A stretch of 64,000 nucleotides of DNA from Nitrospirota bacterium (GCA_963751455.1 CAVVUN010000015.1:576001-640000), one strand, 5' to 3'. Numbered from the stretch's first letter, positions 27,365-39,510 are shown. Notes: generated by a model not told the origin, from the letters alone. Numbers and translations: made by a program.

Positions 27365-27883
27365 ATGAAGCTGACTGTGAAAATTATCTCTCTTTTCGTT
27401 CTGCTGTCGCTTGCATCACCCGTGCTCTTTCTTAAAGGCTGTGGAGAAACACTGAACGGCGGAGCATGCGGCGGATGTCCTGACAGTTCGGCACCAATCG
27501 GGTCCATAATGATAGCTCCCGAACTGGCTTCGGCTACGATAAATACGGATGGGGCAGCTTGTTCTTCCGCCGTTTCTTTTCAACTCACGGACGCGGATGG
27601 AGCGCCCTTAAATAATCTTTGCGTGGAAATATTTACGAATGCCTTTGTCGCATTACATAATTCAGGGATTGAATGCAACGCGCATCCTGCTTCGGATTTT
27701 TATACGTATATAAGGACAAGAACGAACGACCAAGGAGTCGTATCGCTCGATTTCCTGATCGCTTCTCCTTGTTCCGTATTAGGCACAGGTGCAACCACCG
27801 GGTCCTTCTGGGTGCACGCTGTATCGTGTTCAGCAAGTGCGTCTGCGACTGCCGACGTGACCATAAACGGCACATGCCCGTAG
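27365..27883 (+). CDS. Cys-rich exported lipoprotein, beta-rich, unknown function
   Basis: Signal peptide ending LKGC; several further Cys; GAGG RBS. Confidence 0.75.
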   Translation: MKLTVKIISLFVLLSLASPVLFLKGCGETLNGGACGGCPDSSAPIGSIMIAPELASATINTDGAACSSAVSFQLTDADGAPLNNLCVEIFTNAFVALHNSGIECNAHPASDFYTYIRTRTNDQGVVSLDFLIASPCSVLGTGATTGSFWVHAVSCSASASATADVTINGTCP

Positions 27884-27929
27884 ATGCTAAAAAAAGCACA
27901 ACGACTTGCCAGGCTTAAGGGAGACGGTT

Positions 27930-30900
27930 ATGAAGATAAAGAGTTTAATGTCGTTCCTTCTTTTACTGGGATTAGTGGCGGGATGTTCAGGATACAGAGA
28001 AGCGGGAAGCGGACAATCCGACGGCAACAAGCGGCAAAAACTCGAAGGAAGCGAAATCGTTATATCCGTGCCTACCGGGTCGACCTCTCCTGCTTCAGAA
28101 GACCAGCAGAATCCCCAGGTCATCTATTTACAGGACAAAAATCTCTGGTTTGCCGTGTATGAAGACTGGCGAGACCGGTTGACCACAGGAGCCGATATAA
28201 GAGGAAGGTTCATCAAGAGCGACGGCACATTTTGCGGCAATGAGCTGACAATAACGAATGCGTCGGGCAATCAGACTGCTCCTCGGGCCGCATACCGGGA
28301 TGGCGGAACCCAGACAGTTTCAGGGGACACTACAGACCAGGTTGTGGTCGTGTGGCAGGATGAACGGCCGAATTACGTTCACTATGCAAAGATCACCAGT
28401 TTACCCACTTCTTCGTCATGCACAGCGCCAACCATAACCGCGGGTCCGGCGGCAGGCATCGGTTTTAATGGAACCAAAGAGTGGGATTTTACCATAGCAA
28501 ACAATCCAGCAAGCCAAAATGTCGGAGTCTGGGATGGAATTACGAGCAACGCGACAGGCACTCTATATGCCAGTCTATATAATCCGATCACACCGGGAAG
28601 CATATCAATAGTCAATGGTGCACAGACCCTGACTGACAACGGCCTTGGAAGCATGGCCGGCAATGGAACCGGAGATATCGACTACGTTACAGGTGTCTTA
28701 TCGTTTACATTCGCATCACCTCCCGCGAACGGCAGCACAGCAACCGTAAGCTACCAATATCAAACGTATAGCTACGATACTGTGCCAATCAGCAGTGTCA
28801 GTACCGGAGTTATCGCTTCCCTGGCATTTAATGATGCGGCCAACACGATCACAAGAGGTTCCGGCAATTTCAGGGCTGACGGAATAGCAAAAGGAAGCCT
28901 GATCTGGACAAGTTCGGGATCCTTGGGCAATGGAGGCCCATTTCTTGTATCAGCTGTGACGACTACTGTTTTAACAGTGATAACTACGACTGGTGGAAAC
29001 CCGGTTCTTACGACCGTTACAGAGACAAATGTATCGGTTACGTCTGATGACGGCTTGTTATCGAGAACACTGCCAAAAATAGCATATGACAACGTCCGGG
29101 ATCGTTTCTGGCTGGTATGGAATGAGTCGAGGGGCACGCTGAACAGGATATCAGAACTATGTTTCCGTTACTCACCTCACTCATATACGTTCGGAGACAA
29201 TTCCTTCCCGGGATATGTCATGCTGGACGGCAGCAGCCTTGCCGAACTCGTGAATAAGATCGGTATCGCCGGCGCAGATATAGTCCGGAATGATGACGTA
29301 ATAAATCAATACAGGTCCAGAACGAACAGGGAGATCGCACAGGCTCACGGAGCCCTCATCGAAACCCATCAGTATGAATATTTTACATCGATAAACAATA
29401 TCAACGTTGCGGCCGACTCAACAGGGGCCGAGACGTTTTTGGTCTTTCAAGGGGTTCGCAAAAAAGGAACTCTTACCTGCACATGCTCGGATAAGGACAG
29501 CAGTGAATCGTGCAACGGCGAACCCGTAACTTCAAGTTTCGAGACGGAAAATTCTGACGGCGGGTATGTGCATGTGTACGGATTATTCGATAAAGAGATT
29601 TCGCAAGAGGTCATTTACTCGCAAAAGCTTGACGACAGCACTTCAAGCGATTCCTATTATCCGGCACTTGGTTTTGATCCCATCACAAAGAAATTTCTTG
29701 CGACATGGGAAGACCTGAGGGACGGCGCCGATACGAAGATATACGGTCAGCTGATCTATTCGGGCGGCGGTCTTTATAATTCCAATATGTTGATTACCTT
29801 TCAAGACACGGATGGCGACGGCATACAGGATGACAATGTCGCAGCCTCGAAGCAGACGAAGCCCTATGTTTCCTATGATTCGGTCAATCAGAGATATTTT
29901 GTCATTTGGGAAGACGCCAGAAACGGCGGACTGCAGAACCTCGATGTTTTCGGACAATATGTGGATGCAGAGGGCTCCATACGAGGTTCCAATTACTCTA
30001 TATCCATAGCGCCGTCAAACCAGTATAATCCTACCATCGCGTATAATTCTCAGAATAATCAGTTTCTTGCGGTTTGGAAGGATGCGAGAAACAATACAAC
30101 AACTGCTTCCGATGTTTATGGCCAGAGATATTCACTCGGTCAGCCGCAGCTGACCCTCCTCAAAACGGACAATACCACGCTGTCTCCTCTTCTCATGAAT
30201 TTCGATACCGTCACTGTCGGTCAGATCGTCACCAAGCAATTCAAGATAAGAAATACCGGAGATACGTCCCTCAAAATAGACTGTTTGACTACTCCTACAG
30301 GAACGAATTCTCCTTTCTCACATCAGAGTCTGGCTTCGGAACTTCAGACTTGTGAAGGGACGTACGCCAGCGGTACCTATATTCAGCTTACTCCCGACAA
30401 TACCAGCGCCGGAGATTATATTCTCTCGGTACAATTTCAGCCTGTGGCTGTGGGGACGTATACGTCGGCTTTCACGATTCAGTCTGACGCAGAGATAAAG
30501 ACGGTGAACCTGCAAGGGCAGGCAGTCGGCATGACCGTTTCACCATCAAGCATCAGCTTCTCCGACACTGCATCCGGTCAATATGTGGACCAGACAGTTG
30601 TCATTACCAATAATTCAACCGATACCACATTCAGTGTCACCAGCATATCCGGGGCGGTCGCACCTTTCAGCATTCCGAGTCCGCCGGCATTTCCTGCATC
30701 GCTCGATCCGGGAGGTCAGTTGCAGTTTACGGTACGATTTTCACCCACGGGCAGTCCGCCGGTTGCCGGCACCCAGTATTCCGGTACGCTAACCATATCA
30801 ACCAGTCTTGCGGCCCTGAATAAAACAGTGACCGTGAGCGGCAAAGCCACTCCCTCGACATTTACACTGTTATCGGGATTGACGACCCTGACCACCGGAA

Positions 30901-32519
30901 CTACGCTTGATTTCGGATCTGTTGCGGCAAATACCGTTGCTGCCAAAGCCATTACGCTCAGAAACAGCAGTACGACTTCCTCCATTACAGTGGAAAGCGT
31001 GACCGTGAGCGGTACCGGTTTTCAGCTCGAAAACAAGACAATGCCGTTCACGATAAACGCAAACAGCTCTGACACGATAACCATTAATTTTTTACCCACG
31101 GATATCACCGCCTACTCCGGTTCGGTTCAAATCAACAGCAGCGGAGGAACCAATACATTCAACCTGAGCGGCGAGGGCACCGGTCCGAAAATAGCGCTGT
31201 CCCAGGGCAGTATAGACTTCGGTTCAGTCAAAACAGGAAGTTCGAAATCCATCAGCATAACGGTAACGAACATCGGCAGTTCAAATATGACCCTTTCAAC
31301 GATCTCTACGCTCTCGTCCCAGTTTACGAGAACCTATACGGGGACGCTGCCTGCAACAATTGCCCCGAACGGCGTATTTACGGTCTCCGTAATCTTTGCG
31401 CCGACCGTTGCAGGAACGCTTAACTCATCTTTCAGCATATCAACCGATGCGTCGAACGGCACGGTGCAGACAATCAATGTTCAGGGCACGGGCACGGCCT
31501 CCGTGGTAAACATCAGCCCCAATCTGATCGCCTTTGGTGCCACTGCCCCCGGAACTACGAACAATATGAATATGAGCGTAACGAACAACGGTACCGCTGA
31601 TGTTCAAATTCTGCGCTTTAATACGCCCAGTGCACCATTTAGTATAGCGAGTCCGCCGGCAACACCCTATACGTTGGCGGCGGGTTCGACGTTGAATGTG
31701 GTAATTGACTTCACGCCTGTAACTGCGGGCGCATTCAGCTCATCCATCGGCATACTCTTTGACTCGGATGTAACCACGACTTTTTACACGGTAACGGGAC
31801 TAGGCCAAACATCGGGATCCTCTGTTAGTGATATAGAGTTCCAGGAGGCAGGGACAGCAGTTGCTTCCCTAGATTTCGGCAATGTGTTGCCCGGCACGTT
31901 AGATGCTAAAACGATTACGCTCAAAAATAATACGACGAACTCTATTACCATCAATACGGCTTCGATGACAGGCACGGGATTCACGACTTCATTTGGTACA
32001 GCTGCTGTTACGCTTACTGCGGGTGGAACCTATCCGTTTACGGTGACCTTTTCTCCGACAGCAGTACAGGCATACTCCGGTACATTAACGTTGACTGATT
32101 CTGGAGCCGCAAGCTATCAATTAAGCCTGACCGGCAACGGTTTATCCGCAGGCGGCGGAGGTACGCCCGGCACCGGCACGTCGCTCGACGCATCGGGTTC
32201 AAACAGCGGCTGCTTTATCGCGACTGCAGCCTTTGGAAGTTACCTTGATCCTCACGTCATGGTGCTAAGAAAGTTCAGGGATGAAGTTCTTCTGACCAAT
32301 GCGGCAGGGTCTGCATTCGTGAGATTCTATTACAGGACATCACCTCCTATTGCCGATTTTATCAGCAGGCATGAATCGTTGAGGGCAATGACAAGGGTCC
32401 TCCTGACGCCGATCATATTTGCAGTGAAGTATCAAGTCTTTCTTTTGATGGCAGCAGTGCTTCTCGGGTTACGCTTCATTGCCAAAAGAAAAGAAAAGCA
32501 ACAAACGTTCATAGGATAA
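27930..32519 (+). CDS. Large surface lipoprotein/adhesin (1529 aa): propeller-like repeats, six Ig-like (choice-of-anchor D type) domains, CFI-box C-terminal domain
   Basis: Lipobox VAGC; repeats P.iaY....flvvWeD.R; six (D/N)FG.V..G......I.N repeats; [11 protein letters not shown]...LRKFRD...FYYRTSPP plus hydrophobic/basic tail. Confidence 0.85.
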   Translation: MKIKSLMSFLLLLGLVAGCSGYREAGSGQSDGNKRQKLEGSEIVISVPTGSTSPASEDQQNPQVIYLQDKNLWFAVYEDWRDRLTTGADIRGRFIKSDGTFCGNELTITNASGNQTAPRAAYRDGGTQTVSGDTTDQVVVVWQDERPNYVHYAKITSLPTSSSCTAPTITAGPAAGIGFNGTKEWDFTIANNPASQNVGVWDGITSNATGTLYASLYNPITPGSISIVNGAQTLTDNGLGSMAGNGTGDIDYVTGVLSFTFASPPANGSTATVSYQYQTYSYDTVPISSVSTGVIASLAFNDAANTITRGSGNFRADGIAKGSLIWTSSGSLGNGGPFLVSAVTTTVLTVITTTGGNPVLTTVTETNVSVTSDDGLLSRTLPKIAYDNVRDRFWLVWNESRGTLNRISELCFRYSPHSYTFGDNSFPGYVMLDGSSLAELVNKIGIAGADIVRNDDVINQYRSRTNREIAQAHGALIETHQYEYFTSINNINVAADSTGAETFLVFQGVRKKGTLTCTCSDKDSSESCNGEPVTSSFETENSDGGYVHVYGLFDKEISQEVIYSQKLDDSTSSDSYYPALGFDPITKKFLATWEDLRDGADTKIYGQLIYSGGGLYNSNMLITFQDTDGDGIQDDNVAASKQTKPYVSYDSVNQRYFVIWEDARNGGLQNLDVFGQYVDAEGSIRGSNYSISIAPSNQYNPTIAYNSQNNQFLAVWKDARNNTTTASDVYGQRYSLGQPQLTLLKTDNTTLSPLLMNFDTVTVGQIVTKQFKIRNTGDTSLKIDCLTTPTGTNSPFSHQSLASELQTCEGTYASGTYIQLTPDNTSAGDYILSVQFQPVAVGTYTSAFTIQSDAEIKTVNLQGQAVGMTVSPSSISFSDTASGQYVDQTVVITNNSTDTTFSVTSISGAVAPFSIPSPPAFPASLDPGGQLQFTVRFSPTGSPPVAGTQYSGTLTISTSLAALNKTVTVSGKATPSTFTLLSGLTTLTTGTTLDFGSVAANTVAAKAITLRNSSTTSSITVESVTVSGTGFQLENKTMPFTINANSSDTITINFLPTDITAYSGSVQINSSGGTNTFNLSGEGTGPKIALSQGSIDFGSVKTGSSKSISITVTNIGSSNMTLSTISTLSSQFTRTYTGTLPATIAPNGVFTVSVIFAPTVAGTLNSSFSISTDASNGTVQTINVQGTGTASVVNISPNLIAFGATAPGTTNNMNMSVTNNGTADVQILRFNTPSAPFSIASPPATPYTLAAGSTLNVVIDFTPVTAGAFSSSIGILFDSDVTTTFYTVTGLGQTSGSSVSDIEFQEAGTAVASLDFGNVLPGTLDAKTITLKNNTTNSITINTASMTGTGFTTSFGTAAVTLTAGGTYPFTVTFSPTAVQAYSGTLTLTDSGAASYQLSLTGNGLSAGGGGTPGTGTSLDASGSNSGCFIATAAFGSYLDPHVMVLRKFRDEVLLTNAAGSAFVRFYYRTSPPIADFISRHESLRAMTRVLLTPIIFAVKYQVFLLMAAVLLGLRFIAKRKEKQQTFIG

Positions 32520-32547
32520 CTAGTTGAAGTAAAAATTGGTAGTTTTG

Positions 32548-32577
32548 AAAATGCGCCCTTCGGGGCGCATTTTTTTT
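32548..32577 (+). terminator. Intrinsic terminator
   Basis: AAAATGCGCCC-TTCG-GGGCGCATTTTTTT. Confidence 0.85.
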
Positions 32578-32614
32578 GATACAATGATTCAATCAGGATG
32601 ATGGACATATAAAG

Positions 32615-33280
32615 ATGAACGGACATATAAAAAAGACAATCAAGGACGCGCTCGAGGCAAACAATCTTCCGGATCTGGTCTCTCTCGCAACAAAGAATAA
32701 AAAAATAATTCCTCAATTAATACGCTTTGCCTATGAAAAAGAGACCCTGGCCGGGTGGCGGGCAATCAAGGCGATCGGCCTGATAGCGAGGGAATTAATC
32801 AAAACCGATTATGACTTTCTTCGGGAAACAATCCGGAAACTTCTTTGGTCGCTCTCCGATGAATCAGGCGGCATCGGCTGGTCCGCTACGGAGATACTCG
32901 GTGAAATCGTGAGGGTTGACCCCAACAGATTTTCGGATGTTATTCCGCTGATTGCTGAAGTTTACGAAATCGAGGAAAAAATATTCAGACCGGGCGTTCT
33001 TTACGCTTTCGGAAGGATAGCGGAAGTCGATCCGGTAATTGTACAGCCCTATAAAAACATGGTCATCAAAGCGTTGACCGACAAAAACCCTCTTGTTCGG
33101 ATATATGCTATAGAACTCCTTATGATTCTTAAGCTGAGAACTGGAAGTGAAGGTATTGAATGTTATAAGAATTACGTCGAAACTCTGTTGTTGGATAGAT
33201 CTGAGGTCTGGATATATAAAGGAGATAGTTTCGTAAATATGCAGATAGGTGAAGCTGCGGCTAAAATTCTAAAGTCCTAA
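32615..33280 (+). CDS. HEAT/ARM-repeat protein (DVU0298-like)
   Basis: RKLLWSLSDESGGIGW..EILGEI signature; helical repeats. Confidence 0.75.
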   Translation: MNGHIKKTIKDALEANNLPDLVSLATKNKKIIPQLIRFAYEKETLAGWRAIKAIGLIARELIKTDYDFLRETIRKLLWSLSDESGGIGWSATEILGEIVRVDPNRFSDVIPLIAEVYEIEEKIFRPGVLYAFGRIAEVDPVIVQPYKNMVIKALTDKNPLVRIYAIELLMILKLRTGSEGIECYKNYVETLLLDRSEVWIYKGDSFVNMQIGEAAAKILKS

Positions 33281-33407
33281 TGCAATTATAGTGGGATACT
33301 CATTGCCGATTAGTACTGTTATTAAGCTTTATGTGGGGATTCCATAGTCAAAAACAAGTTATTAACACGCTTATTCGCACCATGGCGTGGTTTTTTTATT
33401 TCATATA

Positions 33408-33437
33408 CTTGACAATAGTTCACTCAACTTATATAAT
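33408..33437 (+). promoter_or_regulatory. Consensus sigma70 promoter overlapped by a HAIR-like (HspR) operator
   Basis: TTGACA-17 bp-TATAAT; CTTGACA-N7-ACTCAAC (33408-33428) versus HAIR CTTGAGT-N7-ACTCAAG. Confidence 0.8.
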
Positions 33438-33462
33438 ATCATCATTATAAAGGGGATAGCTG

Positions 33463-34608
33463 ATGGCGACAGAAACCAAAAGAGACTATTACGAGGTTCT
33501 GGGGGTTAGTAAAAACGCTTCTGAGGCGGACATCAAAAAGGCGTTTCGTAAACTTGCACGAAAATTTCATCCTGATGTAAACCCGGGCGTTAAGGCAAGT
33601 GAACAGAAGTTCAAAGAACTAAACGAAGCCTACGAAGTGCTTTCTGATCCAAAAAAACGTCAGCAATATGATCAGTTCGGCCATGCAGCGTTTGGAGCCG
33701 GGTATGGTCAGGGAGCAGGCACCGGCCAGGGGTTCGAGGGATTCACTTCTGGCGGTGGAGCAGATTATTTCCGTAGCCGCGGCGGCGGTTTTGAAGATAT
33801 ATTCGGAAATATGTTCGGCGAGCGGATGAGACAGCGCGGCCCGCAGAAAGGCGAAGACATTACCTACGCCGTCGAGGTAGACCTCGAAGATGCAATTTTT
33901 GGAAAGACGATGCAGGTCGACCTTCAGCGCGAGGCAACATGTGCGACATGCGCCGGCTCTGGGGCCCAACCAGGCACGTCCAGAAGAACATGTCCTGCAT
34001 GCGGGGGAACCGGGACGATTTCTCAAGGCCGCGGCTTCATGCAGTTCGCACAGCCGTGCCCGAGATGCCACGGCGAGGGCACCATTAATCCGAACCCGTG
34101 CAGAACATGCGGAGGAAAGGGCACAATTCAGAAATCCGAGCGTATAAATGTCAAGATCCCTCCCGGCGTTGACAATGGTTCGAAGATCCGGGTTTCGGGC
34201 ATGGGCGGTGCCGGCGAACAGGGTGGTCCCTCGGGAGATGTGTATATCATAACCAAGGTGCGGCCGCACGCATATTTCGAGCGAAAGGGCGACAACCTGT
34301 ATTCCGATGCGAGCCTAACCATAAAGGAGTCGGCACTCGGCGATAAAATCGAGATTGCAACAGTGGACGGCATTGTTTCACTCACGGTTCCTCCGGGAGT
34401 CCAGAGCGGGCAACAGCTCAAACTCAAGGGTAAAGGCGTACCGCACCTCGGAGGAGGAGGCGTAGGAGACCATTATGTGACAATAAAAGTGGTTACGCCA
34501 ACCGGATTAAATGAGAATGAAAAGGAATTGCTTCGACAACTGGACAAACTCCATCCCTCGAATCCGCGAAGCGGGATGACATTTACAGGATTCAGGAAGA
34601 GAACATAG
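33463..34608 (+). CDS. dnaJ: Chaperone DnaJ (class A)
   Basis: J domain with HPD, G/F region, four CxxCxGxG repeats. Confidence 0.96.
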   Translation: MATETKRDYYEVLGVSKNASEADIKKAFRKLARKFHPDVNPGVKASEQKFKELNEAYEVLSDPKKRQQYDQFGHAAFGAGYGQGAGTGQGFEGFTSGGGADYFRSRGGGFEDIFGNMFGERMRQRGPQKGEDITYAVEVDLEDAIFGKTMQVDLQREATCATCAGSGAQPGTSRRTCPACGGTGTISQGRGFMQFAQPCPRCHGEGTINPNPCRTCGGKGTIQKSERINVKIPPGVDNGSKIRVSGMGGAGEQGGPSGDVYIITKVRPHAYFERKGDNLYSDASLTIKESALGDKIEIATVDGIVSLTVPPGVQSGQQLKLKGKGVPHLGGGGVGDHYVTIKVVTPTGLNENEKELLRQLDKLHPSNPRSGMTFTGFRKRT

Positions 34609-34699
34609 CGTAGAGGAATTTATATTTCGGAGCGCGGATAACGGATATTGAGAATTAGAGATACTCTCGTTCCGCAAACCGCTATAAACGGAGTTCATC

Positions 34700-35074
34700 A
34701 TGGCCCGAAGGCAGAAATTATTCATGATAAGCGTTGTGTCCGAGATGCTCGACATACATCCACAAACACTGAGGTTGTATGAAAGGGAGGGCTTTATAAA
34801 GCCGAAGAGAAGTGGAGGGAATACCCGTCTTTATTCGGAGGAAGATGTCGAGAAACTCGAGATGATCCTGAGGCTTACCCGGGAGCTGGGGGTAAACCTC
34901 GCCGGCGTCGAGGTGATTTTGTCGATGCGCGAAAAGATGGAGCAGATGCAGAAGGAGATGGAAGAGAGCATGCACCAGCTGCAGGAAGAGCTTGCGCGCG
35001 AAATGAGGCGGCGTGCGGAAATGCGAAACGCCCTTGTGCCCGTGCAGAGAGTCAGGCTCACACGATATGAATAA
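34700..35074 (+). CDS. hspR: Heat-shock repressor HspR (MerR family)
   Basis: [40 protein letters not shown]; between dnaJ and clpB. Confidence 0.92.
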   Translation: MARRQKLFMISVVSEMLDIHPQTLRLYEREGFIKPKRSGGNTRLYSEEDVEKLEMILRLTRELGVNLAGVEVILSMREKMEQMQKEMEESMHQLQEELAREMRRRAEMRNALVPVQRVRLTRYE

Positions 35075-35148
35075 AGACGAAAGGACGAGTGACGAGGGAC
35101 GACAAGTCTTGCTGTGTCCACGTCCGGACGGTTATCCATTGTCCGTCT
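35075..35148. repeat. Inverted arrays of degenerate 7-mers (GACGA / TGTCC units)
   Basis: GACGA at 35076, 35084, 35091, 35098, then tgtcca/cgtcc/tatcca/tgtcc. Confidence 0.55.
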
Positions 35149-35169
35149 ATGTTTTATACGGAGGCAATC

Positions 35170-37770
35170 ATGGCACTTCTTGATAAATTTACTTTAAAAG
35201 CGACCCAGGCGGTCCAGACCGCTCAGGAATCGGCAGGCAGGCGACATCACCAGCAGATTGAAGTAGAGCATCTTTTGCTGGCGCTGCTCGAACAAATGGA
35301 TGGGGTTGTGCTGCCGCTGCTCAAGAAGATAGGAACAGATCCGGATACATTAAAAAACGAGATTCAGGAAGCTTTGGAAAGGATGCCCACAGTAGAGGGG
35401 CTCGTTCAAACCTATCTTTCGCCCCGATTGGGCAAACTGTTCGACCGGGCAGAGAAGGAGGCTGAACGGCTCAAAGACGAATATATCAGCACCGAACACT
35501 TCTTCGTTGCGGCCGCTGACGGAGACGGCGCTGCACGAGAAATCCTCGGAAGCCACGGAGTTACCCGGGATACGATATTCGCCGTGCTCGTGGACATTCG
35601 GGGAAGCCAGCGTGTGACGGATCAGAATCCCGAAGACAAGTACCAGGCGCTTACCCGGTATGGAAGAGACCTGACGGAGATGGCCCGGCGCGGCAAGCTC
35701 GATCCCGTGATCGGCAGGGATGAAGAGATCCGCCGCGTCGTTCAGGTCCTTTCGAGGCGGACAAAGAACAACCCTGTGCTTATCGGTGAGCCCGGAGTGG
35801 GCAAAACGGCGATCGCGGAAGGGCTTGCGCAGAGGATTGTGAACGGCGATGTGCCTGAGGGTTTGAAGAGCAAGCGTGTAATCGCACTGGACATGGGGGC
35901 TCTGGTCGCCGGCGCAAAATACCGCGGGGAATTCGAGGACAGGCTTAAGGCGGTTCTGAAGGAAGTCGTCGAGGCAAACGGCGAGGTGATTTTATTTATC
36001 GATGAACTGCATACGGTAGTGGGGGCAGGAGCGGCAGAAGGCGCCATGGATGCGTCCAACATGCTTAAGCCCGCGCTTGCCCGGGGGGAGTTGCGGTGCG
36101 TGGGCGCCACGACCTTGAACGAATATCGCAAGCACATCGAGAAAGACGCTGCTCTTGAGCGCCGGTTTCAACCGGTTCTCGTACGAGAGCCCTCCGTTGC
36201 GGACACGATTTCGATATTGCGCGGCCTCAAGGAGCGCTATGAAATTCACCATGGCGTGAAGATCAAGGATTCCGCGCTCGTGAGCGCCGCGGTCCTCTCT
36301 CACCGCTATATCGCGGACAGGTTTTTGCCGGACAAGGCCATTGACCTCATCGACGAGGCAGCTTCCCGGCTCCGTATGGAGATCGACAGCATGCCAGCTG
36401 AGCTCGACGAAGTGGAACGCCGGATCAGGCAGCTCGAGATCGAACGTGAAGCAGTCAAGAAAGAGAAGGACGTCGCATCACGCGACCGCCTTGCCGGAAT
36501 CGAGAAGGAGATTTCTGAGCTTTCCGGCCGAAGAGATGCACTGAAAACCTCCTGGCACGCGGAAAAGGAAGGCATCCAGAAGATCCGGATTGTGAAGGAA
36601 CAGATCGAACAGACAAAAAGCGAAGCGGAAAAAGCGGAACGGGAAGGGAATCTCGGAAGAGCAGCAGAACTGCGGTACGGAAAACTTCTCAACCTTCAGA
36701 AGCAGCTTGAAACCGAGTCTAAACTGCTGGCCGAGCTCCAATCCAAGCAGAAGATACTGAAGGAAGAAGTTGACGAAGAAGACGTGGCCGAAATCGTGTC
36801 TAAATGGACCGGCATTCCGGTAAGCAGAATGCTGGAAGGAGAAATGCAGAAGCTCCTGCATATGGAAGAGCGGCTCCGGCGCCGGGTTGTTGGCCAGGAC
36901 GAAGCAATTACCGCGGTTTCCGACGCAGTTCGAAGAGCACGTGCAGGCATTCAGGACCCGAATCGTCCGATCGGAAGCTTTATTTTCATGGGACCGACAG
37001 GCGTCGGCAAGACAGAACTTGCACGGGCGCTGGCGGAGTTCCTGTTCGACGATGAGCAATCAATGGTCCGCATTGATATGTCCGAGTATCAGGAGCGGCA
37101 TACCGTATCGCGGCTTGTCGGCGCCCCTCCGGGATATGTCGGGTATGAGGAAGGCGGGCAGCTGACCGAAGCGGTGCGCAGACGGCCCTACACCGTGGTG
37201 CTCTTCGATGAAATAGAAAAGGCCCATCCTGAAGTTTTCAACGTGCTGCTGCAACTCCTCGATGATGGCAGATTAACAGACGGCCAGGGCCGCACAGTGG
37301 ATTTCAAGAACACCGTGATTATCATGACGTCCAACATCGGAAGCCAGTATATCCAGGACCTTCAAAATGACGAGGCAGAAATGCGCCGACGGGTGTCGGA
37401 AGTCATGCGGCAGCATTTCAAACCGGAGTTTCTCAACCGTATTGATGACATCATCATTTTCCATTCACTTGACGCAGCTGTCGTAAAAGAGATTGTCTCG
37501 ATACAGGTTGGGCTTGTGCAGAAGCGTCTTGCGGACAAGAAGATAGAAATCGAGCTTACGGATCGAGCCAAGGAACTTCTCGCGGAAGAGGGCTTCGACC
37601 TGGTGTACGGGGCCCGGCCTCTGAAGCGTGCGATCCAGCGTGATGTGCTCAATCCCTTGGCAACAAAAATTATTTCCGGCCAGGTGAAGGAAGGCGCCCG
37701 GGTGATTGTTGATAGAAGAGACCGACACTTGATTTTCAGGACAGCTGACGAGGCGGTCAGTGCCGTTTGA
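35170..37770 (+). CDS. clpB: ATP-dependent disaggregase ClpB
   Basis: GEPGVGKT and GPTGVGKT Walker A motifs, M-domain coiled coil, GYVG loop; start ATG 35170 with GGAGG RBS. Confidence 0.97.
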   Translation: MALLDKFTLKATQAVQTAQESAGRRHHQQIEVEHLLLALLEQMDGVVLPLLKKIGTDPDTLKNEIQEALERMPTVEGLVQTYLSPRLGKLFDRAEKEAERLKDEYISTEHFFVAAADGDGAAREILGSHGVTRDTIFAVLVDIRGSQRVTDQNPEDKYQALTRYGRDLTEMARRGKLDPVIGRDEEIRRVVQVLSRRTKNNPVLIGEPGVGKTAIAEGLAQRIVNGDVPEGLKSKRVIALDMGALVAGAKYRGEFEDRLKAVLKEVVEANGEVILFIDELHTVVGAGAAEGAMDASNMLKPALARGELRCVGATTLNEYRKHIEKDAALERRFQPVLVREPSVADTISILRGLKERYEIHHGVKIKDSALVSAAVLSHRYIADRFLPDKAIDLIDEAASRLRMEIDSMPAELDEVERRIRQLEIEREAVKKEKDVASRDRLAGIEKEISELSGRRDALKTSWHAEKEGIQKIRIVKEQIEQTKSEAEKAEREGNLGRAAELRYGKLLNLQKQLETESKLLAELQSKQKILKEEVDEEDVAEIVSKWTGIPVSRMLEGEMQKLLHMEERLRRRVVGQDEAITAVSDAVRRARAGIQDPNRPIGSFIFMGPTGVGKTELARALAEFLFDDEQSMVRIDMSEYQERHTVSRLVGAPPGYVGYEEGGQLTEAVRRRPYTVVLFDEIEKAHPEVFNVLLQLLDDGRLTDGQGRTVDFKNTVIIMTSNIGSQYIQDLQNDEAEMRRRVSEVMRQHFKPEFLNRIDDIIIFHSLDAAVVKEIVSIQVGLVQKRLADKKIEIELTDRAKELLAEEGFDLVYGARPLKRAIQRDVLNPLATKIISGQVKEGARVIVDRRDRHLIFRTADEAVSAV

Positions 37771-37966
37771 TAGCGGTTCTGAAAAAAACGATCAGGGAAA
37801 TTGCCGGCCTTTCTCAAGCGTGCATGTCATTTAAAAAAACAGCTCATTTTGACTGCGGAATTTGACCGGGAAATAGCAATTTTATTTATGGTTTAAAAAA
37901 CAAAAACATGCTATAGTAAGACTATACTAACGTCCCAATTACGCAGACGTTTGTCCGGATCCGGTA

Positions 37967-39124
37967 ATGCCAAAAAAGATTCAAACAAAAAGAAAAGTGC
38001 GTGTAAAAGCAGATCAGACGGCAGCAGAAAAGGACTTTAAATCCCTTTTCTACAGGAAACTTACCGAAACGCACCTCTTCTATGAAGTAGGCCGTATTAT
38101 CGCGTCCGAGCTGGACTCTGCCGATCTTGTTCAAAAGATTATGTCCTCGCTTTTGAAGGCAGTTGCTTTTGAAGACGCATCGGTGTACATCATTAAAAAA
38201 GACATGACCGGACTCGATCCGCTCTATTATCATCAACCCGCCACTCGGGAAAAGGGCCTCGGCGTCTCGATTTATCTAGACGATGGAGCTCCCAGCCAGA
38301 TAGCTATAAGCGGTGAGCCCCTTTTCATAGAAGATACTACTCTCTACAAAAGCTTTATTCATCATCCCGATGAGGAAGCAAGACCGGGCAGTTACATCGG
38401 TATACCGCTCAAAAACGAAAACCGCATTGTAGGCGTAATGGGCTTCAGCCACAGCAAGCCAAATGCCTTCCGGGTTGAAGATTTCGACCTGGTCCGTACG
38501 CTGTCACATCTTATTTCAGCGGGCATAGAAAAGGCGGAACTTTTCAAAAAGACGCTTCAACTGGCCCGCGTTGATGAACTGACCGAACTCCTTAATTACC
38601 GCGTGCTTTTGGAGAAACTCGAAGAGGAAGTCCGCAGGCAGGCCCGCACGGGCCACGTATTTTCTTTTTTGATGATAGATATCGACGATTTTAAGCGGAT
38701 CAATGACCGGTACGGCCATCTCGAAGGCAGCAGGCTGATCGCGCAAATGGGTCCTGTGCTGAAGGCCGCATGCCGCACAACGAGCACGGATACGTGCTTT
38801 CGGTACGGCGGCGAAGAGTTCTCGATTCTACTTGCAGAAACGGACCTGCAGGAAGCCATGGCTGCGGCCGAGCGCGTGCGGAAGGCAGTTGAGGAATATC
38901 CTTTTACCGTCAAAATAAACCATCCCCTTGAGCAAGTGACCGTGAGCCTCGGTGTCTCTTCGATGAAACATAGCAGCGGCAAATTGATCTCTCAGATGAT
39001 GAATGAAGCCGACATAGCCCTCTACCGCTCCAAAGCCACCGGCAAAAACCGATGTACCTGCTACAGCGAGGAGTTCACGATGCCCGGCATGCCGCACGAC
39101 CCGGGGCACATCTCTCGTTCCTGA
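37967..39124 (+). CDS. GAF-GGDEF diguanylate cyclase
   Basis: GAF-like region, DELT.L.N, IDIDDFK.IND.YGH, RYGGEEF. Confidence 0.92.
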   Translation: MPKKIQTKRKVRVKADQTAAEKDFKSLFYRKLTETHLFYEVGRIIASELDSADLVQKIMSSLLKAVAFEDASVYIIKKDMTGLDPLYYHQPATREKGLGVSIYLDDGAPSQIAISGEPLFIEDTTLYKSFIHHPDEEARPGSYIGIPLKNENRIVGVMGFSHSKPNAFRVEDFDLVRTLSHLISAGIEKAELFKKTLQLARVDELTELLNYRVLLEKLEEEVRRQARTGHVFSFLMIDIDDFKRINDRYGHLEGSRLIAQMGPVLKAACRTTSTDTCFRYGGEEFSILLAETDLQEAMAAAERVRKAVEEYPFTVKINHPLEQVTVSLGVSSMKHSSGKLISQMMNEADIALYRSKATGKNRCTCYSEEFTMPGMPHDPGHISRS

Positions 39125-39140
39125 CGCATTCCGGAACATT

Positions 39141-39314
39141 TTAAAAGCAACCAAGTTGGCAAGACCGGATTTTGATGTGAAGCTCGTTGCAGAGGGCTCC
39201 GATTTCCCGGAGCGATATGTTCAACTTCTTGGCCACAAGGTGGGCCTGTTCACAGTCAAGTCTGTTATCGACTGACGCAGCTTTCAGGGTTTCTATCATT
39301 TTTTGCCGCTCCAT
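39141..39314 (-). CDS. 57-aa four-cysteine protein ending CQLGCF
   Basis: Below ORF-track cutoff; GGAGGTGA RBS; MERQKMIETLKAASVDNRLDCEQAHLVAKKLNISLREIGALCNELHIKIRSCQLGCF. Confidence 0.85.
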   Translation of the reverse strand: MERQKMIETLKAASVDNRLDCEQAHLVAKKLNISLREIGALCNELHIKIRSCQLGCF

Positions 39315-39347
39315 TCCTCACCTCCTGAAATCACCCCTACCCCGCTA

Positions 39348-39385
39348 TCGTACCCTCTCCCTGAGAGCGGAGAGGGGAATCAAGG
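39348..39385. repeat. Dispersed hairpin repeat, copy 2
   Basis: TCGTACCCTC-tcc-CTGAGA-gc-gga-GAGGGGAATCAAGG. Confidence 0.65.
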
Positions 39386-39481
39386 GTATCATACGAAATA
39401 TTTTCCCTGCCTGCAACAACTGCTTTCCGCGACTATCGCCGGGACTGTGAGGGCCGCATGAGCGATATGCTGCATCCGTTG

Positions 39482-39510
39482 TTGACTTGTGAATTCCTCT
39501 CAGATAAAAT
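39482..39510 (+). promoter_or_regulatory. sigma70-type promoter of trxB
   Basis: TTGACT-17 bp-TAAAAT, then GGAGG RBS. Confidence 0.6.

Noticed and set aside
33430-33450. Fur-box-like TATAATATCATCATTATA
   Set aside because: One base short of the 19-bp consensus and explained by the -10 box in AT-rich DNA.
35089-35169. Extended ClpB N-terminus from the ORF track
   Set aside because: It translates the intergenic repeat; the RBS supports ATG 35170.
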